Shown one piece after another: positions 36,701-49,211 of a stretch of DNA of 64,000 nucleotides. The translations under genes and the position numbers were made by a program. Every line of letters begins with the position of its first letter. Within the stretch, counting starts at the first letter, position 1. A model generated the notes under the pieces. That model did not search any database. It saw only the letters and a list, made by a program, of their open reading frames with translations, and had not been told where the DNA came from. Location of the stretch: the NCBI RefSeq assembly GCF_048593235.1, contig NC_133618.1:676060361-676124360 (forward strand). Reading direction: 5' to 3'. The stretch comes from Sminthopsis crassicaudata. Lineage: Eukaryota.

Positions 36701-39700
36701 ATGGAGTGATTTCCATGGGATTGACCAGTTCTACCAAAGAAATGGATGTCCTTCTTGCCAGGTCCCCTCAGCTGAACCCCCCTCTTTTCCCTTCCGCTAC
36801 CTCCAAGCAATCACCAAGGGCCATTGTTTCGGCCATTGGAGCTTGTCTCATGCCAAGGATCCTCCTCCTTTCTGTTCCTCGTGCCCTGCTCTAGTTCAGC
36901 CCCCTTTGGCCTCCCACCCACACCATTAAAACAGACTTGACTCTTAATTATTCTCAATGTGTTTAGTCCGTCCTTGTGCCAAAATCATCTTCCAATCATG
37001 AGACCTGAGCATATGACTTCTCAGAAACCTCAGGCTCTTCTTCCCTTATCCTTTTGTTTACCATTCCTTTCCCTGAGTTATTTTGTACAAAATTGACCAG
37101 CTGGCTCTTCCCTGTCTTCAACATGCTGAGTCCCTTGCCGGGTGTTCATGTAGGCCATGGCTTTTCTATCAAGACTGGTTTCAATGGATACCTCCTCCGG
37201 GAAGCTTTCTCAGATTACCCTCACATTTAACTTATTCAATTAGTCAGTGAATTATTCTCACCAACAATCAGCTTTCCTATCCATTTGCACAGGAATCCTT
37301 TAGCAGTATGTACTGGTGCCATTCTTTCTTCCTTGCCCTAGGTAGAGGTCAGTGCTACATTTCTGTATCTATATATTTCTATCTCTGTCTGTCTTTCTGT
37401 CTATCTGTCAGTCTGTCTTTTTGTCTGTGTANNNNNNNNNNNNNNNNNNNNNNNNNNNNNNNNNNNNNNNNNNNNNNNNNNNNNNNNNNNNNNNNNNNNN
37501 NNNNNNNNNNNNNNNNNNNNNNNNNNNNNNNNNNNNNNNNNNNNNNNNNNNNNNNNNNNNNNNNNNNNNNNNNNNNNNATCCATNNNNNNNNNNNNNNNN
37601 NNNNNNNNNNNNNNNNNNNNNNNNNNNNNNNNNNNNNNNNNNNNNNNNNNNNNNNNNNNNNNNNNNNNNNNNNNNNNNNNNNNNNNNNNNNNNNNNNNNN
37701 NNNNNNNNNNNNNNNNNNNNNNNNNNNNNNNNNNNNNNNNNNNNNNNNNNNNNNNNNNNNNNNNNNNNNNNNNNNNNNNNNNNNNNNNNNNNNNNNNNNN
37801 NNNNNNNNNNNNNNNNNNNNNNNNNNNNNNNNNNNNNNNNNNNNNNNNNNNNNNNNNNNNNNNNNNNNNNNNNNNNNNNNNNNNNNNNNNNNNNNNNNNN
37901 NNNNNNNNNNNNNNNNNNNCCACGTATCCATNNNNNNNNNNNNNNNNNNNNNNNNNNNNNNNNNNNNNNNNNNNNNNNNNNNNNNNNNNNNNNNNNNNNN
38001 NNNNNNNNNNNNNNNNNNNNNNNNNNNNNNNNNNNNNNNNNNNNNNNNNNNNNNNNNNNNNNNNNNNNNNNNNNNNNNNNNNNNNNNNNNNNNNNNNNNN
38101 NNNNNNNNNNNNNNNNNNNNNNNNNNNNNNNNNNNNNNNNNNNNNNNNNNNNNNNNNNNNNNNNNNNNNNNNTAGCTCGGAGAGATGAGCTTTCTGCTTC
38201 GGTGACTGGGTATATGAAGTGGCTTTTGTAACCAACCGTGCAATGCATGCCTAAGGTCATATTAAAGAAACTGAACTCTGTAAAATCTCCGGGGACACAT
38301 CTCTTACTCACGCTTTGGAAAACCTCCCCAATTCTGTTGTCTCCAGCCTCTGAGTGAAAAGTCCTTTGTTTTTCTCACTGGAGGATTTACACACTCGGGT
38401 TATTTACAATTTATATTTTTCCAAAATTGTCTCAAGGAGAGTGATTGTGTTCAGACAACTTGATTGAGATAAATGCTTTTTCTTCCTTTCCCCTCATTTG
38501 ATCTCATGGTCTCTTAGCCAGAGTGACCCGCCTCAGTGGAAGGACCCCAGTCCGTGGGCCTGGCGTGTAAGGTCGGCTCTGCTTCTACCCATTGGGGTTT
38601 CTTTGCCCAGTGAGCCCCAGTTTCCTGATTGGTTCCTCCTACCTATAAAGTTCACCCCTTAACTTCCTGCAGCCCGGGCCCACAGGCTCTCCGTCAGGTG
38701 AACATGCTCTGTTGTGCTCCAGGTGGGTAGAGGGTGGCAGGTGATGGACAGGGTGACTGAGCCTGAGAAAGGAAGAAAGGAAGGAAGGAAAGAAAGCTGG
38801 GCTGCCTTTGACAGTGGAATAAAGAATGCCCCAGAGGGCCCTGAATCATCAAGCGGAGGTTAAGCTGTGGTTCGTGCTTTGTTTCAGGGAACATTTTTGT
38901 GCATTCTCCCTTGAAAACGCTTCCCTTTTGATCCAAATAAAAAGGCCTTCGAGGCAAGGACTGTTTACCCAGTTAGTACCTTGGGCCAGGTCCAAGTTCT
39001 GCTCCAGGGCCTGTGGCTCGGACCCTGCTCCTTCAGCTCCAATGCTGAAGGCAGCCGGGGGAGCAGGGCCCGAGCCCTTCACTGGGCTTCACCAACTGAG
39101 TTCAAATCCTGCCTTAGATGTCAGATTATATGTATGAGATGTGATCATGTCTATGATCTCTGACTAGAATGGATCACTGCCGAAGGGCAGCCCCGAATGA
39201 CTCAAGATTTGAGTCTGGGGGACGAGTAGCAGTGGTATTGATGGAATGATCCCTGAGCAGGAGAGATGGGCTGGGGGCGCGGGGCCAGGTTGGGTGAGGG
39301 TTTCCATGCAGAATCTCCAGGTGGTCATGGAATTGGCAGTTGGAGCTTTAGGACTGGAGGTCAAGAGAGACTTGGGTCCGGAGATGGAATCATGGCGGAG
39401 GAAAAGGCTCTATCTGGGTGCCAGGAAATACAAGAAGGCTAGCCCAACCGAGGAGACTGGCGAGAGCAGGCGCAGGAGGCTTCATAGCCAAGCCCGAGTC
39501 CGTCTTTCCAAGGTGACCCCAAAGGCCTCCACTTAATATACCCTGACTGCTGGTTGGGTCTGCCCATGGAGTTGACGCCCTGGCAACTTCTGCCCAGTGT
39601 GCCAGCCCCGAGCGTAGACTGTCCTGGGACCAGTCTCCCCGACCGGACAGAGGCTGAGCACAGGGGGCTGGGAGAGCAATGGCCATCTTTTCCTGTCTGT

Positions 39701-42700
39701 TCTGGAGAAGGGGGTATACATCTCCCTCGCCGGACCCGATACTCGCCCGGAGCCCGAAACTGATGTGAGAGTGTTCTCAGTGAGCCCACTTAAGCATCTG
39801 GTTTCCTTCGGGGTTGCCATGATGTTCTTGGGGTTCTCTTTATTATGTCCTTGGGAGCCCCCGGTTTCTGTTGCAGTTTAGGAACGTGGGGCAGACAATC
39901 GCTGAATTCCATCCTTCAGGCTGCGATGCCAGTGGGGATCATCTATCCAAACTTGACAGTGTCTGCCAAGGGACGTGCCAGCTGTTGTCTGATCACCTCA
40001 GAGGAGGGTCAGCCTGTCCCCCACAGCTCCTGGACCAGACTGACTGACTCTAGTTGGATCCTAGTCTGAGGCAGATGAGAACAAGGACTGTATCCTCCCT
40101 GAGTCTTCATGGCTCCTGGCAAAATATCGGTGCCATCCATGTCTCCTTGAACAGCATGGGTCCCAAGCCCGTCCCCATCCTTTTTCTCCTCTGAATATCC
40201 TACTTGGGCTTTGCCCTTCCTGCAGCAGGATGCTCCGAGCTGGTGCAGTGCCCCAGAGTGTGCTGGCAGGAAGGAGGGGCAGGGCACTTCTTATCAGCTG
40301 GGAAAGTTTCCTATTATCTGCAGTGATACCATTTTATGGGAGTATTTTAAAATCACATTGAGCTTTTATAAGAAGATAGAGAATGGAGGTTATCCATGAC
40401 AAGGCTCACTGTTCTTTCCAAATGGGAACCTCTGACCTTATCAATCACTCAATCAGCATTGATAAGGCACCTGGTGTCTGTCAGCAGCTACTTTTGGCAC
40501 TAGGAATGAGGCCACAGACTTAAAATTCGAGTTGGTGCCATCACTGTGCTGACTTCCAATGGTTTAAAGNNNNNNNNNNNNNNNNNNNNNNNNNNNNNNN
40601 NNNNNNNNNNNNNNNNNNNNNNNNNNNNNNNNNNNNNNNNNNNNNNNNNNNNNNNNNNNNNNNNNNNNNNNNNNNNNNNNNNNNNNNNNNNNNNNNNNNN
40701 NNNNNNNNNNNNNNNNNNNNNNNNNNNNNNNNNNNNNNNNNNNNNNNNNNNNNNNNNNNNNNNNNNNNNNNNNNNNNNNNNNNNNNNNNNNNNNNNNNNN
40801 NNNNNNNNNNNNNNNNNNNNNNNNNNNNNNNNNNNNNNNNNNNNNNNNNNNNNNNNNNNNNNNNNNNNNNNNNNNNNNNNNNNNNNNNNNNNNNNNNNNN
40901 NNNNNNNNNNNNNNNNNNNNNNNNNNNNNNNNNNNNNNNNNNNNNNNNNNNNNNNNNNNNNNNNNNNNNNNNNNNNNNNNNNNNNNNNNNNNNNNNNNNN
41001 NNNNNNNNNNNNNNNNNNNNNNNNNNNNNNNNNAGAGTTGTGGATGTTATCTCTGTCTGAGGAGGACAGCCAAAGACACCCAAAGGATATGAAACAACAG
41101 AGCAGGGAATGAATCCCCTGACCAATTGACCACAGTCCAGTGGGAGTCCTGGGTGCCGCCCAGCTACTGCTGCTGTCATGTGCTAACATCGCTGTGCTCA
41201 TTGGAGAGCACCCTGTTTGCAGCTGATAGAAGACAGATTTTGCACAGTTCATTAGGTGTAGAAACATGTTTTGCTTAGTGCTCGATTTGTGTCCTAAGGA
41301 TTTCTGGTTGAAACTGTTCAAACTGGCAGATAGCCCCTGTGTGTTTCCTTGATGAGTCCGTGTTCTGGCCTTCTCCAGGCTTTGGTCTCCTAGGACCGGC
41401 AAGCCCAAGCTAATAATCATTATCTCCAGTGGTTACAATTTCTGTAGTGGAGATTTCCCTGATTAAAGGGATTTCATTTATTCCAATTCTGAGTTCTGTG
41501 GTGGCAATATGAAGCCCATATTTAACTCTTAAGAACAATTTGACATTTATTTTTTAAATGAATTCCATTTATTTTCTCATGAAATTAAATATTTAATGAC
41601 CACCGACTGCTCGAAAATGGCTATATCGTTTTAGTTTTGCCACGAGCCTGAAAATGCTGCCGATCCACCCAGACTAGAGCAGCCCAGAGTTTTTGCCCCT
41701 TGCCTTGGCTTTCTCCTGATGCATTGAATGATGGAGCCCGTGGAGATAGCCTGATACCCAAATTCCAGTTTTCTCTCGAGGCGATATCAGAATTAACACA
41801 CTGCCAAGGCTCTTCACCAGCTCTGAAGGCCGAAAAGCAGAAATCCGATGCTTCTGACCCCAGGGGGAGGAGAGAGCTTTGGACTTAGTGGGGCGAGTCA
41901 TTTTCAAGGGGACTGTCTCCTTCCTTTTGGAGTCGTGAGTGACTGACTGCCTTTTGAAACCATTCTTTTCTCTGCCCAGAACAATAGAGACTGAGCCACG
42001 GAGTATTTTCTGCCCTTTCTGACCCAGAAGGAGTCCTATTTTATATTCTTTTTCTGGGATAATTCATAGTAAATGCCTAAGAGCAGTACACAAACTATTA
42101 GACAAAAGGCTCATTTCTCCCACATCAATTCCTGTTGTTAACGAACTTAATATGCACAAGTGATGGTAATTTAAGCAGGAATGGAAAGGGCATTTCCTCT
42201 AAGAGCTAATCAGGGAATGACAAAGACCGCCGAGCTTTTATTCCAAGTGGGCTTTGGACATGATCGAATTGGCACAATTTCTGCATACAAATGCAATTAC
42301 CTCTCCTCACAATAAGACTTCATTAGGCTGAAGTATTTGAGTTCTTGTCTCCGTCTCCATCGGGCGCTATCCGAAACTGCTTCTCCCTCTGCATTATCAT
42401 CTCTTGAGCTGTCTAGGGAAAGGCGGATTTGACTGCAGAAGATCTGGGATTTGGGATTTTTTCCCTCTTTTAGCTGGGAAAATGGGTTGTGATGCTTGGA
42501 TGTGGGATGGGAGGGAAAACATCTTTTCTCTTCCTGTTGGCCCTGCTTTTCTATGGGTGTAATACAGGTGGAAGCCTCGGACCTTCAGCTTTCACCGATT
42601 GGGGTAAAGTCGCCCTAGAGTGGGCTCTGTTGCTCTCTGGAGAGGTGGACAGTGACCCTTGTCAGAATAATCTCTGATTCGTGGGTCAGGCTCCCAAGAA

Positions 42701-43145
42701 CATTTGCAAAATAGTCTCAGGGAGAGTCTGATTGTTCCCTTGGAAGGGGAAGGGGCCACGTGGTAGTGGGGACCTTTCCACAAGGGTCCCACCATTAGCC
42801 CAAACTGTCCCTGGAATCTACTCCCCAATTGCCTCCCAGAACCCCTCTTTATCCATTCCCCATCAAGCTTGCTTCTTCTGAGTCACAGGAGCACAATTAA
42901 TTATGAATGGAGTTTGGTTGTTGCTGAGGATACACAGACACAAATAACGTGTACCTCGCCTCCGAGTAGTTTGCTGGTTCCTACTAAAGTAGAAGAAATT
43001 CTTTAGCATCCTCTGGGTCTCCCAAAAATAAAAATAAACTACCCTTTTTATCTTGAAGGCTGGTTAAAAACCTGGCCACAATATTTCATATCTGACTTAC
43101 CAAATAATAGGCCACATAGCCCAAGATGAAGTCTTTGTAAAAGTG

Positions 43146-43146
<1 letters not shown>

Positions 43147-43187
<41 letters not shown>
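43147..43187. repeat. Poly(T) run of 41 nt
   Basis: Uninterrupted T homopolymer. Confidence 0.95.
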
Positions 43188-43927
43188 CAATTACATTGAC
43201 TCCTTAACAAATTATTTTGGAATTTTTTTTAACCCGTAATGGTTGAATTAGCAACGGTCACCTGTAGAGTTTTCATAGAAATGGGTCCAGTTGAATATAC
43301 CTTATTATGCTTCATTAGAATCTTTGGAAATATCCTCCACAGGAAACAAAGAAATAAGGGAGCAACCTGTGTTCTTCCTTGTTTTCTTTTAAAATAAACC
43401 GGGACAAAAGGTGCCTCATCAGCAGTGTGACTCATCGGATGAGTCGTACAAAGAAAAGAGCAAGAAAGGTGGGGGGCAAAAGTGTTCGGCCTCCCATGTG
43501 CAAAAATCCCATTAGTAATAGAGCCTTGAAATATTTTCTGAACTAATTAGAGCCTGTTTTGACAGCTGTGTAGATGGTAAGCTGAGGGGAAATGGAGGAG
43601 GAAATTTCACCTAGAACAAACTTAAGCTTCAGTCTCTCCATCTTCTTTCATGCTGGGATGGTCTTTAATTAGAATTTAACAACCAAACCTCCTATCACTG
43701 AGGAAGGGAAAAAATCCCCTCGACTGTTCCAAATTCCTGTTCTTGTTTTTCCCCCTAGGGTCACCTTGTGGTTGGCTAGTTTTCAACCCCCTAATGCTGA
43801 GAGCTGTTTTGTCCAGCTGCCTTTCAATCCCTTCCCTATAAGGAGAAATGAAGTGACTTCATTGGAAATGCCTACAGTCGCGTTAAGGTTTAAGTTACCT
43901 TTTTTAAGCCTCGGTTTTAAACCTCAG

Positions 43928-44029
43928 GTACTCATAAGCACCTTTAAAAGACGGCTCTCCAAACTCAGCATCTCTTGCTAAGTATGACCCCAAGGTATGG
44001 AGTGGGGAAAGGGAGCCAGCAAACTTTGG
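43928..44029 (+). repeat. Local direct repeat, copy 1 (partner at 45326-45416)
   Basis: Shared core ACGGCTCTCCAAACTC(A)GCATCTCTTGCTA(A)GTAWGACCCCAAGGTRTGGAGTGGGGAAAGGGAGMCAGCAAACTYTGG. Confidence 0.9.
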
Positions 44030-45325
44030 AAAAGAAGGGGCTTGACCCAGGGGCTCGACAATCCCTCCTAGTCCTGAATATCTGAGTGTTTTGATTTAGC
44101 CGAATGCTTTGGATTTTCCATTTCATTTTCTTTTCTTTCATAGCTGTAAATCCAGGAATTAGAGAAATGGCGGAGATCTTGGTAATCATGGATTCCGTCC
44201 TTTAAACAATTTACTGGATTCAAAGCCAAAGCCCGGATGTAGATCTCAAGTTCTGGAGGATCTGAGGTTCCAGTCATTGTAACTCAACTCTATTCAACTC
44301 AAAAGTCAGTAGGGACCAAAATGGCGCAGATGAGATGCTGAGGGATCTCAGACTTCATCTGCTTTTGGAAGCGAGAGCCGTGGCCCGGAGAGATCTGTGC
44401 TTAGAGAGTCGGTAGGGCTGGGATTTGTGCCTGGGCCTGTCTCTTGTGGGCCCCGATCCTCGGCTGTGCAATTACGCTTCCATTCAGACATATTTCACAC
44501 TGTTTGTGAGGAAGGGTACCAAGCATTATAAGGCTGCACTCGGCTAAATGTGGAGAATAATGAATGCATTCTTTCCTAGCTCATGCACATTCTAATTTCA
44601 TGGAAACCATGCTCTGAATGCTCCTTCGGGAAGGTCATTCTGTTGCAAATGAAAAAATGGTGGCCTCCAAATCAGGATGGATCTGGTCAAGTTCCCTGCG
44701 CGCCCTGTTCATGACTGAGTCCCCTGGGGTTTTCTGGCCAGCAAACATGTCAGAGGAATCACAGGAAGTGCATCGGGTCTGTTAGAATGCTCTGGGCTAT
44801 TCAGCTTTAAGGGGAAATGTGGTCATTGAGAATTTGCACGTTTCCACCTTTATGTGGCCCATCTGATGATGTGGTCTACCAGGTACTGTACAGATGCAGT
44901 TGGGAAGAGGGATGGCGGTGAATTAGGGTGTGGTCCATCACTGGGAGAGAGTGTGTGCTCAAATATGGCCTCCAGAGGCTTCGGGAGACATTAGGCATTT
45001 CACTGCTGCTGGTTTCACTGAGCCTGCGTCCCCCCCCCCCCCCTTTCTACATTTCACCCCCCTAGAAAAGCAAGCCTAGAGTTTCTTACGTTGTTAGTAC
45101 TTTTCAGATTCTGTCCCGGAATAGAATCTTTACCTCTTCCAGTCTCGAGATGACGGACCATTTTCTTGGTTGTTCTATATTGGATAAGTAGTCAGAGGGG
45201 AAACTATGTCCTGGCCAAGTAGTTCCTGACGGAGGTGGTTTCTTTAAGAGTTTTCTGTCACAGAATGTTTTATTCCTTAACTTTGCTCCATCTCGTGTAT
45301 TCGGACAGAATGGCCGTATTATCGC

Positions 45326-45416
45326 GTACTCATAAAAGTACGGCTCTCCAAACTCGCATCTCTTGCTAGTAAGACCCCAAGGTGTGGAGTGGGGAAAGGG
45401 AGACAGCAAACTCTGG
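45326..45416 (+). repeat. Local direct repeat, copy 2 (partner at 43928-44029)
   Basis: Differs from copy 1 by 4 substitutions, three 1-nt indels and one 10-nt indel. Confidence 0.9.
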
Positions 45417-46695
45417 GGCTGGAAATAATCGCCCCATTGATTAGGACTGGAGTTACTTTGTATTAATATTAGAAGAATATAATAGGATATATTGTTATTA
45501 TATAATATAATATTAAGTGTTTTAGAAAATTGACATCACAGTAACAACGACCATGATTACCCAAACCAGGTGACTCCTTGGAATTACGGCATCAAAGTTG
45601 GCTCTGGGCTTGAATCTGCAACGTGTGGGTTGTCACTGCGCATCCCGATGGTTTCCTAGAGGAACTTCCCTCCCTTTGCCTCCAGCTTCCCCCCTTGCAA
45701 TCTTGTCCTTCTAATCTGGGAAGAAGTTGGACTTTCTTCAGTAAACATCTTGCTCATAGGACCATAATAAAAGCTACCCATGAAGTCCCTAAAAGATGTC
45801 TCCTTGGGATCATTTACCAAGACCAAATGGGGAGGGCCGCTGCTAAAGATTAAGAGAAACCACATTGGCAACAGGCCCAAAGGCCTTTCACTTAGCTCTT
45901 CCGGGATCGCTCGGTCTGCTTCGGTAATGGCACTTTTGCTCAGGGGACAGAAGATAAAATCAGAGTCTCCACGTTGGGAGGTTCTTTGGTGACCATAATA
46001 ATCCAGCTCTTGGCTAAGCAAGAATCCTGTCTACCTAAAAGTTCTCCTGCAGCCTCTACTCCCGTGAGGAAGAGTCCCTCCCCCCGAGGAGATCCATTCC
46101 ATCTTTGGGGAAGGCAGAACAGTGGCCCGTCCTCTCGATCTGCCCGTTCTTGTCAACTTCATACATGCTTTCCCAAGAGCCGACCTCGTCTGCTGTGATA
46201 GAGATCTGGAATCAGGGGATCACAGATTTGGTGCTGAGGTCACCCAGGCCGGCCCCCGTTTTCTCAGAAAACAAAAATGGGGCCTGGCAAAGTTAAGCCC
46301 CTCGTCCTTGTCCATGGCAGGCCCGGGATTCGAGCCCAGCTTCTATGACCTCCCCTCCAGTGATGGTTCATGGTCCCCGTCACTGTGCCGGCCCAATTAA
46401 CCCGAGTCTGTCGAGCCGAGCCCGCCACTGTCTCCCCTTCTTGGCTGGCTCCGGTGCAGCGCTGGCTACTCGGCCAATATAGAACTCAGTTAATCTCATT
46501 ATTGTCATCATTTCTGTTGCCTTCTCCATCTGCAGTTGTGCCAGATGGTCCTTTGACCCAGCTCAAGGTCAAATCTGACTGAAACATGAGCACCGAACTC
46601 CTAAAACCTCCCTTTTTGCACCGGCTGCCCAAAAGAGTTTCAGAGATCAGTCTCGGGCCGTGCTGGGGGACGGAATTTCAGGTTCAGTTTTCTCG

Positions 46696-46709
46696 CTAGC
46701 AGATGGCGC
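46696..46709 (+). promoter_or_regulatory. Candidate CTCF binding site
   Basis: CTAGCAGATGGCGC matches the CCASYAGRKGGCRS core at 13 of 14 positions. Motif match only. Confidence 0.4.
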
Positions 46710-47218
46710 AGTCACAACCTAGCATGGCGGCCTCCCGTGGTGAGCACGCCTCTTGGGGGTAAAATAATTTCAGGTACGGCCCCTTATCTGCACAGCCGCC
46801 CTCCGCTCCTGGCTGTGCGTGTGCTGGTTCTGGAAATCTTCTGGTGGCTTATGGCCAGGGGGAACAAAACCTGACCCAGCTTCCCATGCAGTTAAGCTTC
46901 CTTATTTGTCTGTCTGCTACCACGGGGTCAGGGCTTTTGATGTTTGGCCGTCTCTTCAAAAGTATCGGGTTTTGAGATCTTTGGAACATGAGTAAACTTG
47001 CATCATGCTTGCGCTTCCGTAGGAAGCCCCGCCACAAGTGGCCGTATCCAGTGGGGACCGTGGAGAAGGTCCTGCTCCTTCCCTGTGGTTCCCCAGGCCC
47101 TGCTGGCCAGCGGGGGAACAAAACTGGATCCCAACCGTCCGCTCCACTGTTTTGTGGCTCTGTTTGTGTGGAATTTTGGCCTGTGCCATTCCCAGTGACT
47201 TCCCTAGTATTTCTTTCT

Positions 47219-47226
<8 letters not shown>

Positions 47227-47294
<68 letters not shown>
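47227..47294. repeat. (TG)34 microsatellite
   Basis: Perfect TG dinucleotide run flanked by (TA)n. Confidence 0.97.
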
Positions 47295-47304
<10 letters not shown>

Positions 47305-49139
47305 ATACTACATTATATTACATTATATTATAACATATATGCCATTTATTTATGCTAAAGGTCACCTTCTTGTTAGAGGTAGGCTGTTTCCTGAATGGAC
47401 GTCAATGAGACCACTCCTATAATCCTCCCAGAAGTCTGGGTCTGAATCCACTTGCCCACCCCCATTTTTGCCAGATTTTGATCTCCAGAATTAAGTGTGA
47501 AGTTCTCTACGTAGCCCTTCACACGCTTGGAACCCGGCTCCTTCCTTCCTTCCCAGGCTGATACTTCTCTTGTGCATTCTCTGCGTGAGGGAGCAGTTCT
47601 TGCTGCCCCCACCAAGGGCTCCCCCGCCTTCTGCACAGGCTCCATGCTTTTATCCTGCTTGACCCCTGCTCCCGGATGCAGTCCCTCCCTTCCCCAACCC
47701 TCCTGACTCCCCCGTCATTGGCTCGGGGGCCTCGGACACCAGAGACATAGGAAACACTTCTGGGCTCTCGCTCACATCTTCCCCTAGGTAAACAGGCTCC
47801 CCAGCGCCCGTGGCGAGCGCTGGGAGGGCCAGGCGTGCTCGGCCAGCTGGATGTGCGCACCCAGGGCTCCTAGCTCCTGTCGCCCTGACTCCTGGGGAAT
47901 GAATGATCCAACATTTCTCCCTCCGGGGCGGCCGCGAGTGCTCTCACTCATGGGCTCTCGGCGGTAGAACTGAAAGCGTGGGATTGCGGTCTGTGTCAGA
48001 GCAGGGACTGCCCCCCGACCACCCCAGGTCAGACCGGACCGAGCGTCCCGGTCAGGCCCAGAAACATGAAGGCAGCCGCCCGCCAGCCTCCCCGTGTCCA
48101 GTCCAGCTTCCGTCGCTGCCGAGGAGATTCCCAGAATCCGGGCTGGACCGTGTCCGTCCTTCCCCAATCAGCTCCCTCGCGCTTTTGGGAGAAATTTAGA
48201 CTCATGTTTTTGGCACTTTTCCCATTTCACTCTGCTCCTCCTGCCTCCTGCGGTCCAGCCGGGCGACTCCCTAATGCCGTCAGGCTCCTCCCTCTTTCCC
48301 TAACCTTTGGGGAGGACTCCTGGCTCTCTGTCCTCTGAGAATCTCTGTCTCCCTGTGCTCTTCCACTGTCCAGGACCGTCTAACCCCCTTGCCTGGCCAC
48401 TTTTTCCAACAGCTGATACTGTCAGTCTTACTCCCCGGTGCAAATTGTTCCAGCTTGGTCACTCACACGTAGACACGTGTACACACACACGCAGTCACAC
48501 ACATGTATACACACACAAACATACACACACGCACACTCACATGCATACACANNNNNNNNNNNNNNNNNNNNNNNNNNNNNNNNNNNNNNNNNNNNNNNNN
48601 NNNNNNNNNNNNNNNNNNNNNNNNNNNNNNNNNNNNNNNNNNNNNNNNNNNNNNNNNNNNNNNNNNNNNNNNNNNNNNNNNNNNNNNNNNNNNNNNNNNN
48701 NNNNNNNNNNNNNNNNNNCATTTACCACCCCAGTGAGAACACGGCGCTTCGGGCTTCGCTGTTTCAGGAGCGAGCACAGACGCAGGATCCCCTCTCGGGT
48801 TTGAGCCTGAGTCTCCGGTGTTCCCCTCCATGCTCAGCGCCCACTCAGCCCATCCGTGAGCCCCAGGTGGTTCCCAAACCTCTCAGGGCGTCAGGTCCTT
48901 GTCCGGGGACGCCTCGGGGGCCATGCTGGCTGGTGCCAGGCCTTCACAGGCCTTCCCAGCACCTGCCTGACCCGCCATAAAGGCCTCCCAGAGAAAGTCT
49001 CTTGGACGTTCAGATGGACTTAAAGGGGCCCGGCCATTCCCAGCCCAGGGAGCCCCCACCTTCAGACTGCTGGAGCAGCACCTCTCTGGCTGCTGCCAGC
49101 CCATCCCCCCAGGGCGTGGGCCCTTGCTTGCTGACTTAC

Positions 49140-49211
49140 CTGTAGATGATGCAGGCGCTGTTCCTGCACGTGGCACAGTTTGCCGTGTCCTGGCCAGTCC
49201 TGTAGGAAAGC
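49140..49211 (-). CDS. INSYN2A: INSYN2A (FAM196A) penultimate coding exon, 72 nt, (G)LSYRTGQDTANCATCRNSACIIY(S)
   Basis: Minus-strand acceptor CTCTCCTCTTGGCAG and donor GTAAGT at 49139-49134. Phase 2 at both ends, joining the terminal exon as TAC AG|T GTG. Matches recalled INSYN2A. Not listed in the supplied ORF track. Confidence 0.95.

Noticed and set aside
43928-45416. Direct repeats as the LTR pair of a small retroelement
   Set aside because: No TG...CA termini, TSD, primer-binding site or polypurine tract was found. Kept only as an unexplained duplication.
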